Origin: an uncultured Bacilli bacterium
GTDB taxonomy: Bacteria; Bacillota_I; Bacilli_A; RF39; UBA660
DNA length: 59,798 bases
Assembly (NCBI GenBank): GCA_949841325.1
Contig: CATKZK010000005.1
Location: 1-59,798 of the forward strand
Direction of reading: 5' to 3'
Part shown: in pieces, positions 8,737 through 18,970 of the stretch
How positions within the stretch are numbered: the stretch's first letter is position 1
Layout of the letters: every line of letters starts with the position of its first letter
Translations under genes and position numbers: made by a program
Notes under the pieces: model-generated
Seen by the model: the letters and a program-made list of their open reading frames with translations, nothing else
The model's database searches: none
Told to the model about the DNA's origin: nothing

Positions 8737-10326
8737 TTATTTCATTTGCTCTGTTTGTTCATTGGTCTGTGTTGGCGTATTCAAAGGTTGTACAACTTGT
8801 TGCCCCTGCTCTTGCATCATCTGAGGCACTTGTGTTTCTATATTCTGAGATGGAACAGGAACCTCTCCTACATTAAGATTTATATTTTGAGGAGGAACTA
8901 CATTTATAGAGGTTTGATTCATTTGTTGTATGGGAATCTGTCCATTCTCTACCGTTACTTGTGTCGTTGGTTGTATATTTTCTCCTCCATTAGGTATGGA
9001 TTGTATAGGTATATTTGTTATCTCTTCTGTAGGAAGCGTTGTTCCTTGATTAACACTCACCCCATTATTTTGAATCATCTGAGTATTTTCCGTAGAAGAA
9101 ACTACATTAACTTGACTTTCTGCTTCTGGAACAACAGTAGCATTAAATTTTTGGCCTTTATTTTTTCGCTTCTTTTCCTTCTTTAAACGTAATACAGGAT
9201 CATTCTTATTCTTTTTACTTGTGTAGACAATAAGCCCTATAATTATAAGGATAGCTCCACCAAGACCTCCCAGAATAAAATATTTCATATTCATCTTCTT
9301 TGGAACATCTTTCGTCACTTTAATTTGATAAACTGTCGTACTCGACTTGTCTTTACTTGTTACGGTAATGAGAATACGATCCCCATTTTGAATATTCTCT
9401 GTTTTATTAATAGAATACGTAGCTCCCTCAAAAGAAGTTGTCGGTTCTATTCTTAAAGATGAGGTATTTTGATCAAGATGAATAGAATATTCTAATGTTT
9501 CTTTTTTAAAAGGTATAGAATGACCAATAATCGTCAAATTAGATAATGTCGAATCCCCATCTGTGTTATAGATGTTCTTTCCCTCTTCAAGACGAGTAAT
9601 ATTCAAAGTATAACACGTTCTAGCTGCTCCATCTGGACTGGTTACATAGATGTCAATTGTATTCTTTCCAACTGTCAAATTCATATTTCCAACAGTACGA
9701 ATAGATGCGTCTTTATTAAAGGGCTCTATTTTTAAATTTAATCTTTCCGTTTCATAAGGAACTTGTATATCATATTCTGTTTTAAATCCCGAAAAATTAA
9801 AAGTAAACGATGGATCTGTAATACTCTTTAAACGAGCATTACTATTAGAAGTATCACGAGGTTTTGTGGTCGTCGTTGTTGTAGGTTCAATATATTGTGA
9901 CAATTCAATCGAATCACTTCGCAAAACTTCCTCTTTGAAAGAGGCTTCCCCATCAAGCTTATATTTAAAATCATCTATTTGTAATTGAATTTGCATATCA
10001 CTTGCAGGCTTTTTGATGACTTGACACTTATACTGCGTAATAATCTCACTCAGTGCTCTTCCTTTATAGGAAAATGACTTCCCTGCAACAGCATTTAACT
10101 CATTCGTAAGTCCATTGCCATGATAACTTACAACACATGATGCATATTCATTCTCTTTCATTGTTCCCGATATTGATTCATAATTTAAATTTTCATCTCC
10201 TAATACACTGCAATAAAAGGTCGAATTAAATTTTAAAGGTCCCTTGTCACAATCAAGTTCATAAGCATGCACATGAAATGGTATTAAACATAATAATAAA
10301 AAATAAAAAACATAATTTCTTTTCAT
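8737..10326 (-). CDS. Surface protein with two cadherin-like beta-sandwich repeats, TM anchor and Q/N/P-rich tail
   Basis: Signal peptide (VHA|Y), PTTTTTTKP linker, two L..L...F.....Y...V...I.VT..D.....Y.(L/I) repeats, TM followed by KKNK. Confidence 0.8.
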   Translation of the reverse strand: MKRNYVFYFLLLCLIPFHVHAYELDCDKGPLKFNSTFYCSVLGDENLNYESISGTMKENEYASCVVSYHGNGLTNELNAVAGKSFSYKGRALSEIITQYKCQVIKKPASDMQIQLQIDDFKYKLDGEASFKEEVLRSDSIELSQYIEPTTTTTTKPRDTSNSNARLKSITDPSFTFNFSGFKTEYDIQVPYETERLNLKIEPFNKDASIRTVGNMNLTVGKNTIDIYVTSPDGAARTCYTLNITRLEEGKNIYNTDGDSTLSNLTIIGHSIPFKKETLEYSIHLDQNTSSLRIEPTTSFEGATYSINKTENIQNGDRILITVTSKDKSSTTVYQIKVTKDVPKKMNMKYFILGGLGGAILIIIGLIVYTSKKNKNDPVLRLKKEKKRKNKGQKFNATVVPEAESQVNVVSSTENTQMIQNNGVSVNQGTTLPTEEITNIPIQSIPNGGENIQPTTQVTVENGQIPIQQMNQTSINVVPPQNINLNVGEVPVPSQNIETQVPQMMQEQGQQVVQPLNTPTQTNEQTEQMK

Positions 10327-10561
10327 ATAGACAATCCTCTTTCTTATTCTTACTACTTTATAATAGTATCACAATTTTTTTAAATAGTCACAAAAAAAGA
10401 AGAAAGTTTTCAAGTTTTTTTATCGTTTTTTCTAGTTTTATTTACAAACTGTATAGAATACACGTATATACACCCATTCGGTTATACAAAAAATTAAGTC
10501 TTCGCTGATATAATCATAAGTACTACTTATAATAAAATGTCCATTAGAAAGGAATATAAAC

Positions 10562-10801
10562 ATGCACTATACCAAAAGAGATTATCATTACTATAATATC
10601 ATCCGGAAAAACATCCGGAAAAATCGGCTTTTAAAAGGAATGTCTATCAAAGAGTTAGCAGACAAACTCTCTGTTTCTTCAGATTATTTAAATGAATTAG
10701 AAGAAATAAAAAAAGAGATGACTTTTTCCCTCTCTTTCGTATTTAAAGTGGCCTTCGTTCTCAAAATAGAAGTATCAAACCTTTTAGAAGAAGAATTATA
10801 A
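10562..10801 (+). CDS. XRE-family HTH regulator
   Basis: NIRKNR..KGMSIKELADKLSVSSDYLNELE; AAAGGA RBS. Confidence 0.8.
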   Translation: MHYTKRDYHYYNIIRKNIRKNRLLKGMSIKELADKLSVSSDYLNELEEIKKEMTFSLSFVFKVAFVLKIEVSNLLEEEL

Positions 10802-11998
10802 AACGAGATTTCCCTCTTTCATGATTGTAACTTCCATTCCATCGTAAGTAACACCAATCACTTCTAAGTCATCAGTTCCAATCATAAAGTCAACATGAGT
10901 CTTTGATTCATTGATACCTACACTTCGCAAATCTTCGCCTTTCAATTTCGTTTGCACACATTCTGCAAAGCCTCTTCCTAACGCCAAATGACAAGCCGCA
11001 TTTTCATCATACAAGGTCTCTTTAAATAAGACTCCTGTATTACTAATTGAAGAATTATAAGACACAAGAGCACATTCTCCTAAATAACAAGAAGTTTCAT
11101 CGGTTTCGATAATATTTTTTAAAATCTCTTTTCCACTTGAAGCATCATAAGAAACCACTTTTCCCTCTTTAAATTCAAGATAAAAGTCTTCTATCATAAT
11201 ATTATTATAGAATAATGGTTTACTCGCATAGACAATTCCTTCGACTTTATCATATTGAGGAGAGGAAAAAACTTCTTCTGTTGGCATATTGACAATTCTT
11301 CCAAACTTATCTTTCCCCGATGCAAAACAGTAATTTTTAGGCAAAAAAACTTTTAAATCTGTTCCTAACTTATTCTTATATTGCAAGTATTCAAAATTAT
11401 AATGGGTTAGCTTTTTGGCAGTTTCATCAATTTGATCTAGTTTTTGCTGCCATTTTACATAAGGATCATTTTTTTCATCAATTAAACACACTTTAAAAAT
11501 GAGACGCCACAAGTCATCGACTTCCATATTAAGACCCTTTTTAGCCCATACCTCATTAGGAACTCCAGCAATACACCAATTCAATTTATCAGCTTCATAT
11601 AGTTTGCGAAAATACTCTTCTGTACTGCGAATATATCGCGCTGTCTCTTTTATTTTTTTAGGTTCTATATCATTCATTAAATCGGGAATCATGCTTTGAA
11701 TGAATAAGAAAGCTGCATCTAATTTCGCATATTTATTATATATGCTGTGATCAAAAAATGGATGTTTATTGATATTTTCCTGATCTAAATGTTTCATCAA
11801 TTCATGTTTTTTTAAAGGATCTGTGACATCAAAATAAATGCCCTTTAACGCATATTCACTTGCCGCTTCTTCTAAATACTTTTTAAAATCACTTAAGTAA
11901 TTGGGAAGTCGTACAAACAAGTAGTCTTTTTCCTCCAAACATAAACATTGAAGTAATAATTTTGCATATTTCTCTTTTAATTTTTTCATTTTATTCAC
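10796..11998 (-). CDS. Aminopeptidase, M29 (AmpS/PepS) family
   Basis: NMPTEEVF, LGECALV, LYDENAACHLALG, HVDFMIG. Confidence 0.93.
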   Translation of the reverse strand: MNKMKKLKEKYAKLLLQCLCLEEKDYLFVRLPNYLSDFKKYLEEAASEYALKGIYFDVTDPLKKHELMKHLDQENINKHPFFDHSIYNKYAKLDAAFLFIQSMIPDLMNDIEPKKIKETARYIRSTEEYFRKLYEADKLNWCIAGVPNEVWAKKGLNMEVDDLWRLIFKVCLIDEKNDPYVKWQQKLDQIDETAKKLTHYNFEYLQYKNKLGTDLKVFLPKNYCFASGKDKFGRIVNMPTEEVFSSPQYDKVEGIVYASKPLFYNNIMIEDFYLEFKEGKVVSYDASSGKEILKNIIETDETSCYLGECALVSYNSSISNTGVLFKETLYDENAACHLALGRGFAECVQTKLKGEDLRSVGINESKTHVDFMIGTDDLEVIGVTYDGMEVTIMKEGNLVL

Positions 11999-12028
11999 CT
12001 TACATGACTATATCATAAAATATCACTA

Positions 12029-12931
12029 TTAACAATTCGTTATTTTATAAATGCGTACTTTTTCTATTCTATGTTTTTGATAAAGTAAAGATTTTGCAGG
12101 AACAAAACCATCGAAAACTAAAACACCACCATTATGTAAAGCAACTTTAGAAGAGGCTTCATTTTCTGGTAAAACCGAAACATATAAATCTTTATCGCAC
12201 TCTTTAGGAGATGCGAAAACGAATTCTTTTACTAAAGAAAGAGCTTTCGTCGCATAACCATTTCCTCTAAAAGGCTTCCGAATAAGATAATGTACATTTC
12301 CATCATAGTCAAAATTAGTATCCCCCAGTTCAAATTCAATATACCCCATATCTTCATGTGTTTGATTATTTTTAATTTTAAGACTTACATTTATATCAAA
12401 AGGATCTTTATATTTTGATAAAACAAGACTTATCTCTTCATCAGATATAATCGTCTGCATATTTGCAGAAATTAAATGCGTATTATACTCAAGACCTCCA
12501 AAGTTTACTGGAAAAGAGGGAAAATACGTCTTTAACGATAGAAAATCTTTTACCAACGACTCGACACGCGCAATATATTTTTCTCTTGCTAAAAGGGTAT
12601 CATAAAAATGGAAAGAAATCTCATCATCTTGATAACCATAATCTTCCATACGATTTAAATTAACCAACGTCTGATTTTTTTCACTACAATAATATAAAGA
12701 CACTTCTATCGTATAAAAATACAAATAAACGCGATTGTTCATTCGCAAAATAATCCCGCTTCCTTTTTTTATGGAGGAAATATCAAAAGAATGAAAAAAA
12801 TCAAGTTCATTAAATCCTAAAGAGAAAAGAAATCCCCTAAATTCTTCAAGAGATATTTCCTCTAAAATATCAAACAAATAAAAATTTTCAAGATATTCTT
12901 TCCAATTTATTGTGCTATTTTCGTTTTTCAT
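12029..12931 (-). CDS. Protein with C-terminal GNAT acetyltransferase domain
   Basis: FRGNGYATKAL, ENEASSKVALHNGG. Confidence 0.75.
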   Translation of the reverse strand: MKNENSTINWKEYLENFYLFDILEEISLEEFRGFLFSLGFNELDFFHSFDISSIKKGSGIILRMNNRVYLYFYTIEVSLYYCSEKNQTLVNLNRMEDYGYQDDEISFHFYDTLLAREKYIARVESLVKDFLSLKTYFPSFPVNFGGLEYNTHLISANMQTIISDEEISLVLSKYKDPFDINVSLKIKNNQTHEDMGYIEFELGDTNFDYDGNVHYLIRKPFRGNGYATKALSLVKEFVFASPKECDKDLYVSVLPENEASSKVALHNGGVLVFDGFVPAKSLLYQKHRIEKVRIYKITNC

Positions 12932-13202
12932 TTTTCTCCCGATTGATAAAATAATGCAATCCTTTCACTAAAAAGGCACACAACAAGACTAATGCAACTA
13001 AAAGAACAAAAATGCCTGCTAAAATGTTTTTCTTACAAATCGCACCTCCAAGTATAAATAAACTTAAAAGAAGACCTAAGAGAAATAACCCTAAAACAAC
13101 GGCGATAGGGTAACGGACCCATTTACTGATGCGCCTATTTCGACTTATTTCTACAGCGCCTTCAAAAAGTAATTCGATAATCAGTTCAAATAATATATCC
13201 AT
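12915..13202 (-). CDS. Small two-TM membrane protein
   Basis: Two hydrophobic helices; AGGAGG RBS. Confidence 0.7.
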   Translation of the reverse strand: MDILFELIIELLFEGAVEISRNRRISKWVRYPIAVVLGLFLLGLLLSLFILGGAICKKNILAGIFVLLVALVLLCAFLVKGLHYFINREKNEKRK

Positions 13203-13286
13203 AGAAAACCCTCCTTTAAAGTATTGTACCCTATTTTATATAGAAGAACAAGAAAATAAAAGAAAAAGCCACAACATGTGCCGCTT

Positions 13287-14531
13287 TTAACTTTCTTTAA
13301 TAATTTCAATCGCTTTACGCATTTTTAAATCAAATTCGATATTTTCTTTTCCACCAATGGCAGCTAACATCTCTTTTTCTTTCATATCATATTCTTCACA
13401 GATCTTTTTGATTTCTTCTTTTACTTCGTCTTGACTCACTTCTATTTTTTCTGCTTTTACAACTTCTTCTAATAAGTAACGCGTTTTAATACGAGCTAAC
13501 GCTTGAGGTTCCATCATGCTTTCAAGTTGTTCTCTATTTCCACCTGTAAAGCTTAAATATTGATCTAAAGTAATTCCTTGAGAAGCCAATTCATGTTCAT
13601 ATTGATGAATCATTCTATGAATCTCCTCATGAATAATCTCTGGATTAATCTCAACTTTTAAATCATCTGTTGCTTTACGTAGTAACTCATCAATATATTT
13701 ATCCTCTGCAGCATGTTCTTTTCTCTCTGTAAGTTCTTTTGTCACATGCTCTTTTAATTTTGCTTCAGAATCAACACCTTCAATAGCTAAGTCTTCAAAG
13801 AAATCTTTATCCATTGTAGGCATTTTTCTTACCTTAATTTCATTTACTTTTACTTTGAAAGTAACATCTTTTCCTTTTAAATCTTCTTGATAGTCATCTG
13901 GGAATTTTAAAGCAAGTTCTTTTTCTTCGCCAAGTTTCATTCCTTTTACACCCTCTTCAAATCCAGGAATAAAAGAATGACTTCCGATTTCTAGAGAATA
14001 ACCTTTAGCACTTCCGCCTTCTAATGCTTTTCCATCAACGATGCCATCAAAATCGATAATGGCAATATCGCCCTCTTCTACTTTTCCTTTTTCTTTTACT
14101 TCTATTTCCGCCATATGTTCAACTAAGTGAGAGATCTCATGTTCAATTTCTTCATCACTTACAGTTACCTTTTCACGTTTTACTCCTAGCTTTTTATATT
14201 TTCCTAAAGTCACTTCTGGACGACTAACAAGAGTAAAGACAAAAGTAACACCACTCTTATCAATTTTTTCTATTGACACATTAGGCTCTGCTACGACATC
14301 TTCTTTAAACTCTTTCAAAGCTTTTTGATAAGCAGTATCCATAACTAAATCACAGGCATCCATAAACAAAGTTTCAACGCCAACTTTCTTTAAATAGATG
14401 TCTTTTGGACAACATCCCTTTCTAAAGCCATCCACTTTGATGTCTTTTTTCTTTTTATCAAAGGCTTTATCAAGTGCCGCTTCCCACTCTTTTCCTTTTA
14501 TTTCAATTTTAATTTCTTTTACATTTTTCAT
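13287..14531 (-). CDS. tig: Trigger factor
   Basis: VDGFRKG, FKBP domain IGSHSFIPGFEE; start 14531 preferred (alternative 14549). Confidence 0.96.
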   Translation of the reverse strand: MKNVKEIKIEIKGKEWEAALDKAFDKKKKDIKVDGFRKGCCPKDIYLKKVGVETLFMDACDLVMDTAYQKALKEFKEDVVAEPNVSIEKIDKSGVTFVFTLVSRPEVTLGKYKKLGVKREKVTVSDEEIEHEISHLVEHMAEIEVKEKGKVEEGDIAIIDFDGIVDGKALEGGSAKGYSLEIGSHSFIPGFEEGVKGMKLGEEKELALKFPDDYQEDLKGKDVTFKVKVNEIKVRKMPTMDKDFFEDLAIEGVDSEAKLKEHVTKELTERKEHAAEDKYIDELLRKATDDLKVEINPEIIHEEIHRMIHQYEHELASQGITLDQYLSFTGGNREQLESMMEPQALARIKTRYLLEEVVKAEKIEVSQDEVKEEIKKICEEYDMKEKEMLAAIGGKENIEFDLKMRKAIEIIKES

Positions 14532-14610
14532 AAAATCATCTCTTTTCATCTATATCGTATTATATAGTAAATAGTTCTCTAAATCAAGAATTTTGCGAAA
14601 AAACTGTCTT

Positions 14611-16386
14611 TTAAATAAGGAGAATTCGATAAGTGATATTTATATTAGTTCCCCCAGGTTGACAACCCGCTGTAAATTGACTTCCCATTGAACCATAATA
14701 GTACGCTCCACCTCTCACAAACCAACTATCTGATGCACTAATAAAAGTTATGTTATCTTGATACCAACGACTATGACGATAGTAACTTCCGTTTGCCTCT
14801 TGATAAAAGTATATAGGTCCCATTTCTCCTGTTGCATCTCCTAGGATTCGATAATAGTAAGTTCCATTTGTACTATCTTTATGATAGAGATCAAAGTATT
14901 TACCGTTATAAATTTTAAAAGATTTCTCAGTAAATCCACTTGAATTATATTTGTCTGTTATAAAACTGCTTACATACTCCATAGACCCACCACTCATGTC
15001 ATATACTCCTGTAATGTTTCCTGTTGTACTGGCATTTACACCGACTTTCGTCTGATAAAGTTGCACTTGCAAAGGATCTATACTAAAGGGATTACAAGTG
15101 GAAGGAGTTGTTGTACTCCCATTATAACAAGTATGATCGACAACAGAAGCATATCCTGTTTTATAATTATAATAACTGTTAATTTGCACTTTTTTACTAA
15201 TACCATATTTAGAGTGTGATAGATAAGCAACGGCTCCCCATTCTGTATTTTTCATCATGTGACTATTCAATTCTCTTTTATAAAGATAGGCATTTTCAAA
15301 ACTGTTTTTAGCAGTAATATAACGCCAAGCATATTGATCAGGTTTTATGATAATCTTGTCCACATTTACTTCATTTTTTCTAGCTTCTTTATCTGATAAG
15401 GCATCTTTATAGCCTGTTTCAAATTTTCCTACCCAAAAACCATTTGCCTGAAAACTTTGGAAAGCTGGATGCGTCATCCACTTTCCTACTTCACAATTGC
15501 CAGATTCCCCTGATTCTTTTGGTGATTGACAGGAATTGTCTGAATCAGTAGTTTCTTCTAATGTAAATTCAATTTCAATCACTTGAGCATTCGAAGTATC
15601 CGGTTGTAAAGAAATTGTACTAGTATAATTTCCTAAATTAAATAGTTTATACTTATACTTTGGTATCCACACAAAATAGGATTCGATATCAATTTCTGGT
15701 ATTGTATCTCCTACTTCATATGTTGCTCCACTTTTTAAAATAACCGCATTTGCCCATTTCTTTTCTTCATAGTTATACCACTCAGTGTGTGTATCAGCGT
15801 AGGTTACACTTCCATTATCAGCTATTGTTACTGGAATGAGTTCTTCTTTTAATACAGGATCTGTTCCATTTAAGATATTTTCTTTATATACTGTTTCACT
15901 TCTTATAGTGTCACTTCCTAGTGTTGTTCTTTCTACTGCATTTACTGTTATGGTTATCTCTATTGGAAACTGTATTTCTTCTGTTACTCCTTTGATGACT
16001 TTAAGCGACAAGATTCCTTCTCTTGTTGTTCTTGCTAAAAGGTTACTTGTATCAAAGTCATTGGTGACTTGGAGGTATTCATTTCCATTTGGTACATTGA
16101 TACTTACACTTACATCATAGTTCTTACTTGCATTTGTCACTTCATATTTTAGTTCATATACTTCATCTATTTCTTTTAAGTTAGCTGTAAAAGTAATATG
16201 GGTCTTATCTTGTATTAATGTATTATTCTCAATTCCATTTTCATAAGCCTTACTGAAGTATACATCAAAGTCTTGTGTATTACTTGCTACATTTGTATTT
16301 CCATTTAGAAATAGCGTCGTACTTACTGCGGCAAATCCTATCGACATCAAGATAATAGATAATACTAAAATACTCTTTCTTTTCAT
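14611..16386 (-). CDS. Exported protein: shared N-terminal module plus FGE-sulfatase/C-type-lectin-like C-terminal domain
   Basis: IGFAAVSTTLFLNG leader; FVWIPKY, THPAF, FWVGKFE, EWGAVAYL, GVYDMSGG..EYV, RGG and terminal YR motifs. Confidence 0.75.
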   Translation of the reverse strand: MKRKSILVLSIILMSIGFAAVSTTLFLNGNTNVASNTQDFDVYFSKAYENGIENNTLIQDKTHITFTANLKEIDEVYELKYEVTNASKNYDVSVSINVPNGNEYLQVTNDFDTSNLLARTTREGILSLKVIKGVTEEIQFPIEITITVNAVERTTLGSDTIRSETVYKENILNGTDPVLKEELIPVTIADNGSVTYADTHTEWYNYEEKKWANAVILKSGATYEVGDTIPEIDIESYFVWIPKYKYKLFNLGNYTSTISLQPDTSNAQVIEIEFTLEETTDSDNSCQSPKESGESGNCEVGKWMTHPAFQSFQANGFWVGKFETGYKDALSDKEARKNEVNVDKIIIKPDQYAWRYITAKNSFENAYLYKRELNSHMMKNTEWGAVAYLSHSKYGISKKVQINSYYNYKTGYASVVDHTCYNGSTTTPSTCNPFSIDPLQVQLYQTKVGVNASTTGNITGVYDMSGGSMEYVSSFITDKYNSSGFTEKSFKIYNGKYFDLYHKDSTNGTYYYRILGDATGEMGPIYFYQEANGSYYRHSRWYQDNITFISASDSWFVRGGAYYYGSMGSQFTAGCQPGGTNINITYRILLI

Positions 16387-16422
16387 ATAGAGACCTCCTA
16401 AAGGACGTACTTTCCTCCTGTA

Positions 16423-16453
16423 ATTCTACCATTTTTTTTTTTTTTTTTGTACA
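16423..16453 (-). promoter_or_regulatory. sigma-A-type promoter with A17 homopolymer in the spacer
   Basis: Minus strand TGTAC-A17-TGG-TAGAAT (T17 at 16432-16448 on +); extended -10. Confidence 0.65.
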
Positions 16454-16530
16454 TATGTTTTGGTAGTGCCTATGTAAAACACATCAATTTGTACAGTTTC
16501 TTTACAGAAAAAAACACCCAAACAAGGTGT

Positions 16531-16992
16531 CTACATGCCTCTTCCACGAGTAAATTCATTATTCAAGCGATTATGATAGCTGATAATAGCAAGTTTTTCC
16601 CTTACTTGTCTATCTAAAAAGGAAAGTTTTGCTAAATAATCCTTATATTCTTCATTTTTTAAATGCTTTTTATATTGAATTTCCACAACGGCTTTTAATC
16701 TCGCCACTTCGTCTAATAAAATGAAAAAATCCCCTTCATCACAGTCATCATCATCTTGATATAAAAATTTTAAAATAATTTGTGAAAGACGTTCAAACTT
16801 TTTTTCAAATTTTCTTCTGAGTACATGATTAATCATTTCAGGTTTATAGAGTGTAACACTTTTGACACTAATATAAGGTTTATCACTGGAATTTTTTGGA
16901 TTAAACTTATAGCCTTCCAAGTCATACTCCATATAGACAATTTCTCCTGTTCTTTTGTCTTTTTTAATTAAATAACTACTCATGTCACTCAC
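16531..16992 (-). CDS. Hypothetical protein in the rimM-trmD operon
   Basis: 153-aa ORF starting 4 nt after trmD. Confidence 0.75.
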   Translation of the reverse strand: MSDMSSYLIKKDKRTGEIVYMEYDLEGYKFNPKNSSDKPYISVKSVTLYKPEMINHVLRRKFEKKFERLSQIILKFLYQDDDDCDEGDFFILLDEVARLKAVVEIQYKKHLKNEEYKDYLAKLSFLDRQVREKLAIISYHNRLNNEFTRGRGM

Positions 16993-16996
16993 TTCC

Positions 16997-17659
16997 TTAC
17001 TTTAATAAATCGGGGCGATTCTTTTCTGTTTTTTCTAAAGCACTTTTTTCTCGCCATGCGGCAATTAATTTATGATTCCCACTGATTAATACATCAGGAA
17101 CCTCATGTCCTTCAAAGACTGGAGGTTTTGTAAAAACGGGATAATCTAAACCTTTTTCATTGAAAGACTCCTCTTCTATACTTTCTTTTCTTATTACACC
17201 ATCAATAAGACGAACGACTGCATCAGCAACAACCATCGAAGGAAGCTCTCCTCCCGTCAAGACATAATCACCTATCGATACTTCTTCGTCAATATAATAA
17301 AGAATACGCTCATCAATTCCCTCATAATGACCACAAATTAAAATAAGATGTTCTCTTCGAGCATATTCTTTTGCTTTACTCTCCTTAAAGGTTTTTCCAC
17401 TAGGTGTCAAAAAGATAATATGTGATTTTTCCGTCTTTACAGAACGAATGGCTTCGACAACTGGTTCTACCATCATCACCATTCCTGGGCCCCCACCATA
17501 AGGGGTATCATCGACTTGCTGATTATTCAATTTAGAAAAATCACGAATATTCACAATATCAAATTGAACAAGCTTTTTTTCTATTGCTCTTTTTATAATA
17601 GAACTTGATAAAAAGCCCGTAAACATTTCAGGAAAAAGAGTTAAAATACTAATTCTCAT
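16997..17659 (-). CDS. trmD: tRNA (guanine37-N1)-methyltransferase
   Basis: LTLFPEMF, VDDTPYGGGPGM, CGHYEGIDER, SIGDYVLTGGE. Confidence 0.98.
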   Translation of the reverse strand: MRISILTLFPEMFTGFLSSSIIKRAIEKKLVQFDIVNIRDFSKLNNQQVDDTPYGGGPGMVMMVEPVVEAIRSVKTEKSHIIFLTPSGKTFKESKAKEYARREHLILICGHYEGIDERILYYIDEEVSIGDYVLTGGELPSMVVADAVVRLIDGVIRKESIEEESFNEKGLDYPVFTKPPVFEGHEVPDVLISGNHKLIAAWREKSALEKTEKNRPDLLK

Positions 17660-18144
17660 AGCATCAACTCCTTCACCTGTATCGTCACCTCTACTTGTCT
17701 TTTCTCTTTAAGAATTTGCTTGATAAAAGATCCATTTCTCGGAATATAGTAATGAACAGCGTCATCTTTTACTTCAAACAAAGGATTCCTTCCCTCTTGA
17801 TAATCGACAATTGTTCCCAAAAACTCTCCTTCACACACAATCTTGTATCCTATCATTTCTTGAAGAAGTACTTCGTCTTTTTCTAAGGCAAGTTCCTCTT
17901 TATCGATGTAAACATCACACCCTTTTAAAGGAAGAACTTGATTAATATTATCGTAGCCTTCTAGTGTAAGCATATCAAAATTTTTATGTACTCGATAACG
18001 TTCAATTGTATAGTTTTCCCCTTGAATAAGAATAGAATTTCCCAAAGCAAAAGCGAGATCTTTTCTCTCAAAATCACTCATAAGACGAATCTCGCCTTTT
18101 ATCCCATGTGTATTCACAATTTTTCCTATCCAAATTTTTTCCAT
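17656..18144 (-). CDS. rimM: 16S rRNA processing protein RimM
   Basis: IGKIVNTHGIKGE; upstream of trmD. Confidence 0.95.
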   Translation of the reverse strand: MEKIWIGKIVNTHGIKGEIRLMSDFERKDLAFALGNSILIQGENYTIERYRVHKNFDMLTLEGYDNINQVLPLKGCDVYIDKEELALEKDEVLLQEMIGYKIVCEGEFLGTIVDYQEGRNPLFEVKDDAVHYYIPRNGSFIKQILKEKRQVEVTIQVKELML

Positions 18145-18174
18145 AACATGCCTCTTATTCCCTTTATTATAATA

Positions 18175-18858
18175 TTACTCAGGATCGATTTCAAGTATAT
18201 TGTTGCAGACTAAATTATCATAAATATTTTGCTTTAGCGCGTATTCTTCCTTTGTATTAATCGTATACCCAATAACCATTTTATCCTCTTTTAACTTTTT
18301 TACACGACGATCACTTAACAACTTGATATTGATATTAACAAAATCATACTTTTTAAAAAAATAATTCTTAGTTAAATTTTTTCGATTAATTAAATAACCC
18401 GTAATATAGTTAGGACGATTTTTATAAAACCATTTAAGGGTACGAATATGAAACGATTGGACGGCGAAATCCCCCTTGTATTCATCTAAAATTATCGCCA
18501 CTTTTTTTTCTAAAAGCCTTTTTGAAGTGATTGTCTTTAAATCGATCAAAACAGGTACACTTCCAGCAACAAGATCTAGCACTTCTTCTAACGTAGGCAC
18601 TTGATATTTAGCAATATAACATAACTCATCATACGTAATTCGTTCAATATTTCCCTCAACATGTAAAAGTCTTTCCATATTTTGATCATGAAATACAACA
18701 CATGTCCCATCACTTAAAAGACGAACATCAAATTCGATTATATATTGATGTTTAATAGCTCTTTGAATGGCACTAATTGTATTTTCATAAATTCTTTTAT
18801 TATCATAAATTCCCCGGTGGGCAATTAAACGTGTCTTTAAAAAATGTAATTCTTTCAA
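18175..18858 (-). CDS. Glycerophosphodiester phosphodiesterase
   Basis: IAHRG, ENT, IEFDV, VVFHD. Confidence 0.9.
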   Translation of the reverse strand: MKELHFLKTRLIAHRGIYDNKRIYENTISAIQRAIKHQYIIEFDVRLLSDGTCVVFHDQNMERLLHVEGNIERITYDELCYIAKYQVPTLEEVLDLVAGSVPVLIDLKTITSKRLLEKKVAIILDEYKGDFAVQSFHIRTLKWFYKNRPNYITGYLINRKNLTKNYFFKKYDFVNINIKLLSDRRVKKLKEDKMVIGYTINTKEEYALKQNIYDNLVCNNILEIDPE

Positions 18859-18970
18859 TTTTCTTCACCTTACCCATTATACCATGTTCTTCCCATCTGA
18901 GTAAATGAAGTTTCCCTTTAAATTTAATGAAATAAAAAAGAAAAATCAAAGGCCAAAGATGCTTTGATTT

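Noticed and set aside
10599-10624. ATCCGGAAAA tandem repeat
   Set aside because: Coding duplication (IRKN IRKN) in the XRE gene, two copies only
14611-14800. Complete diversity-generating retroelement
   Set aside because: No reverse transcriptase, Avd or adenine-variant template repeat seen in the window
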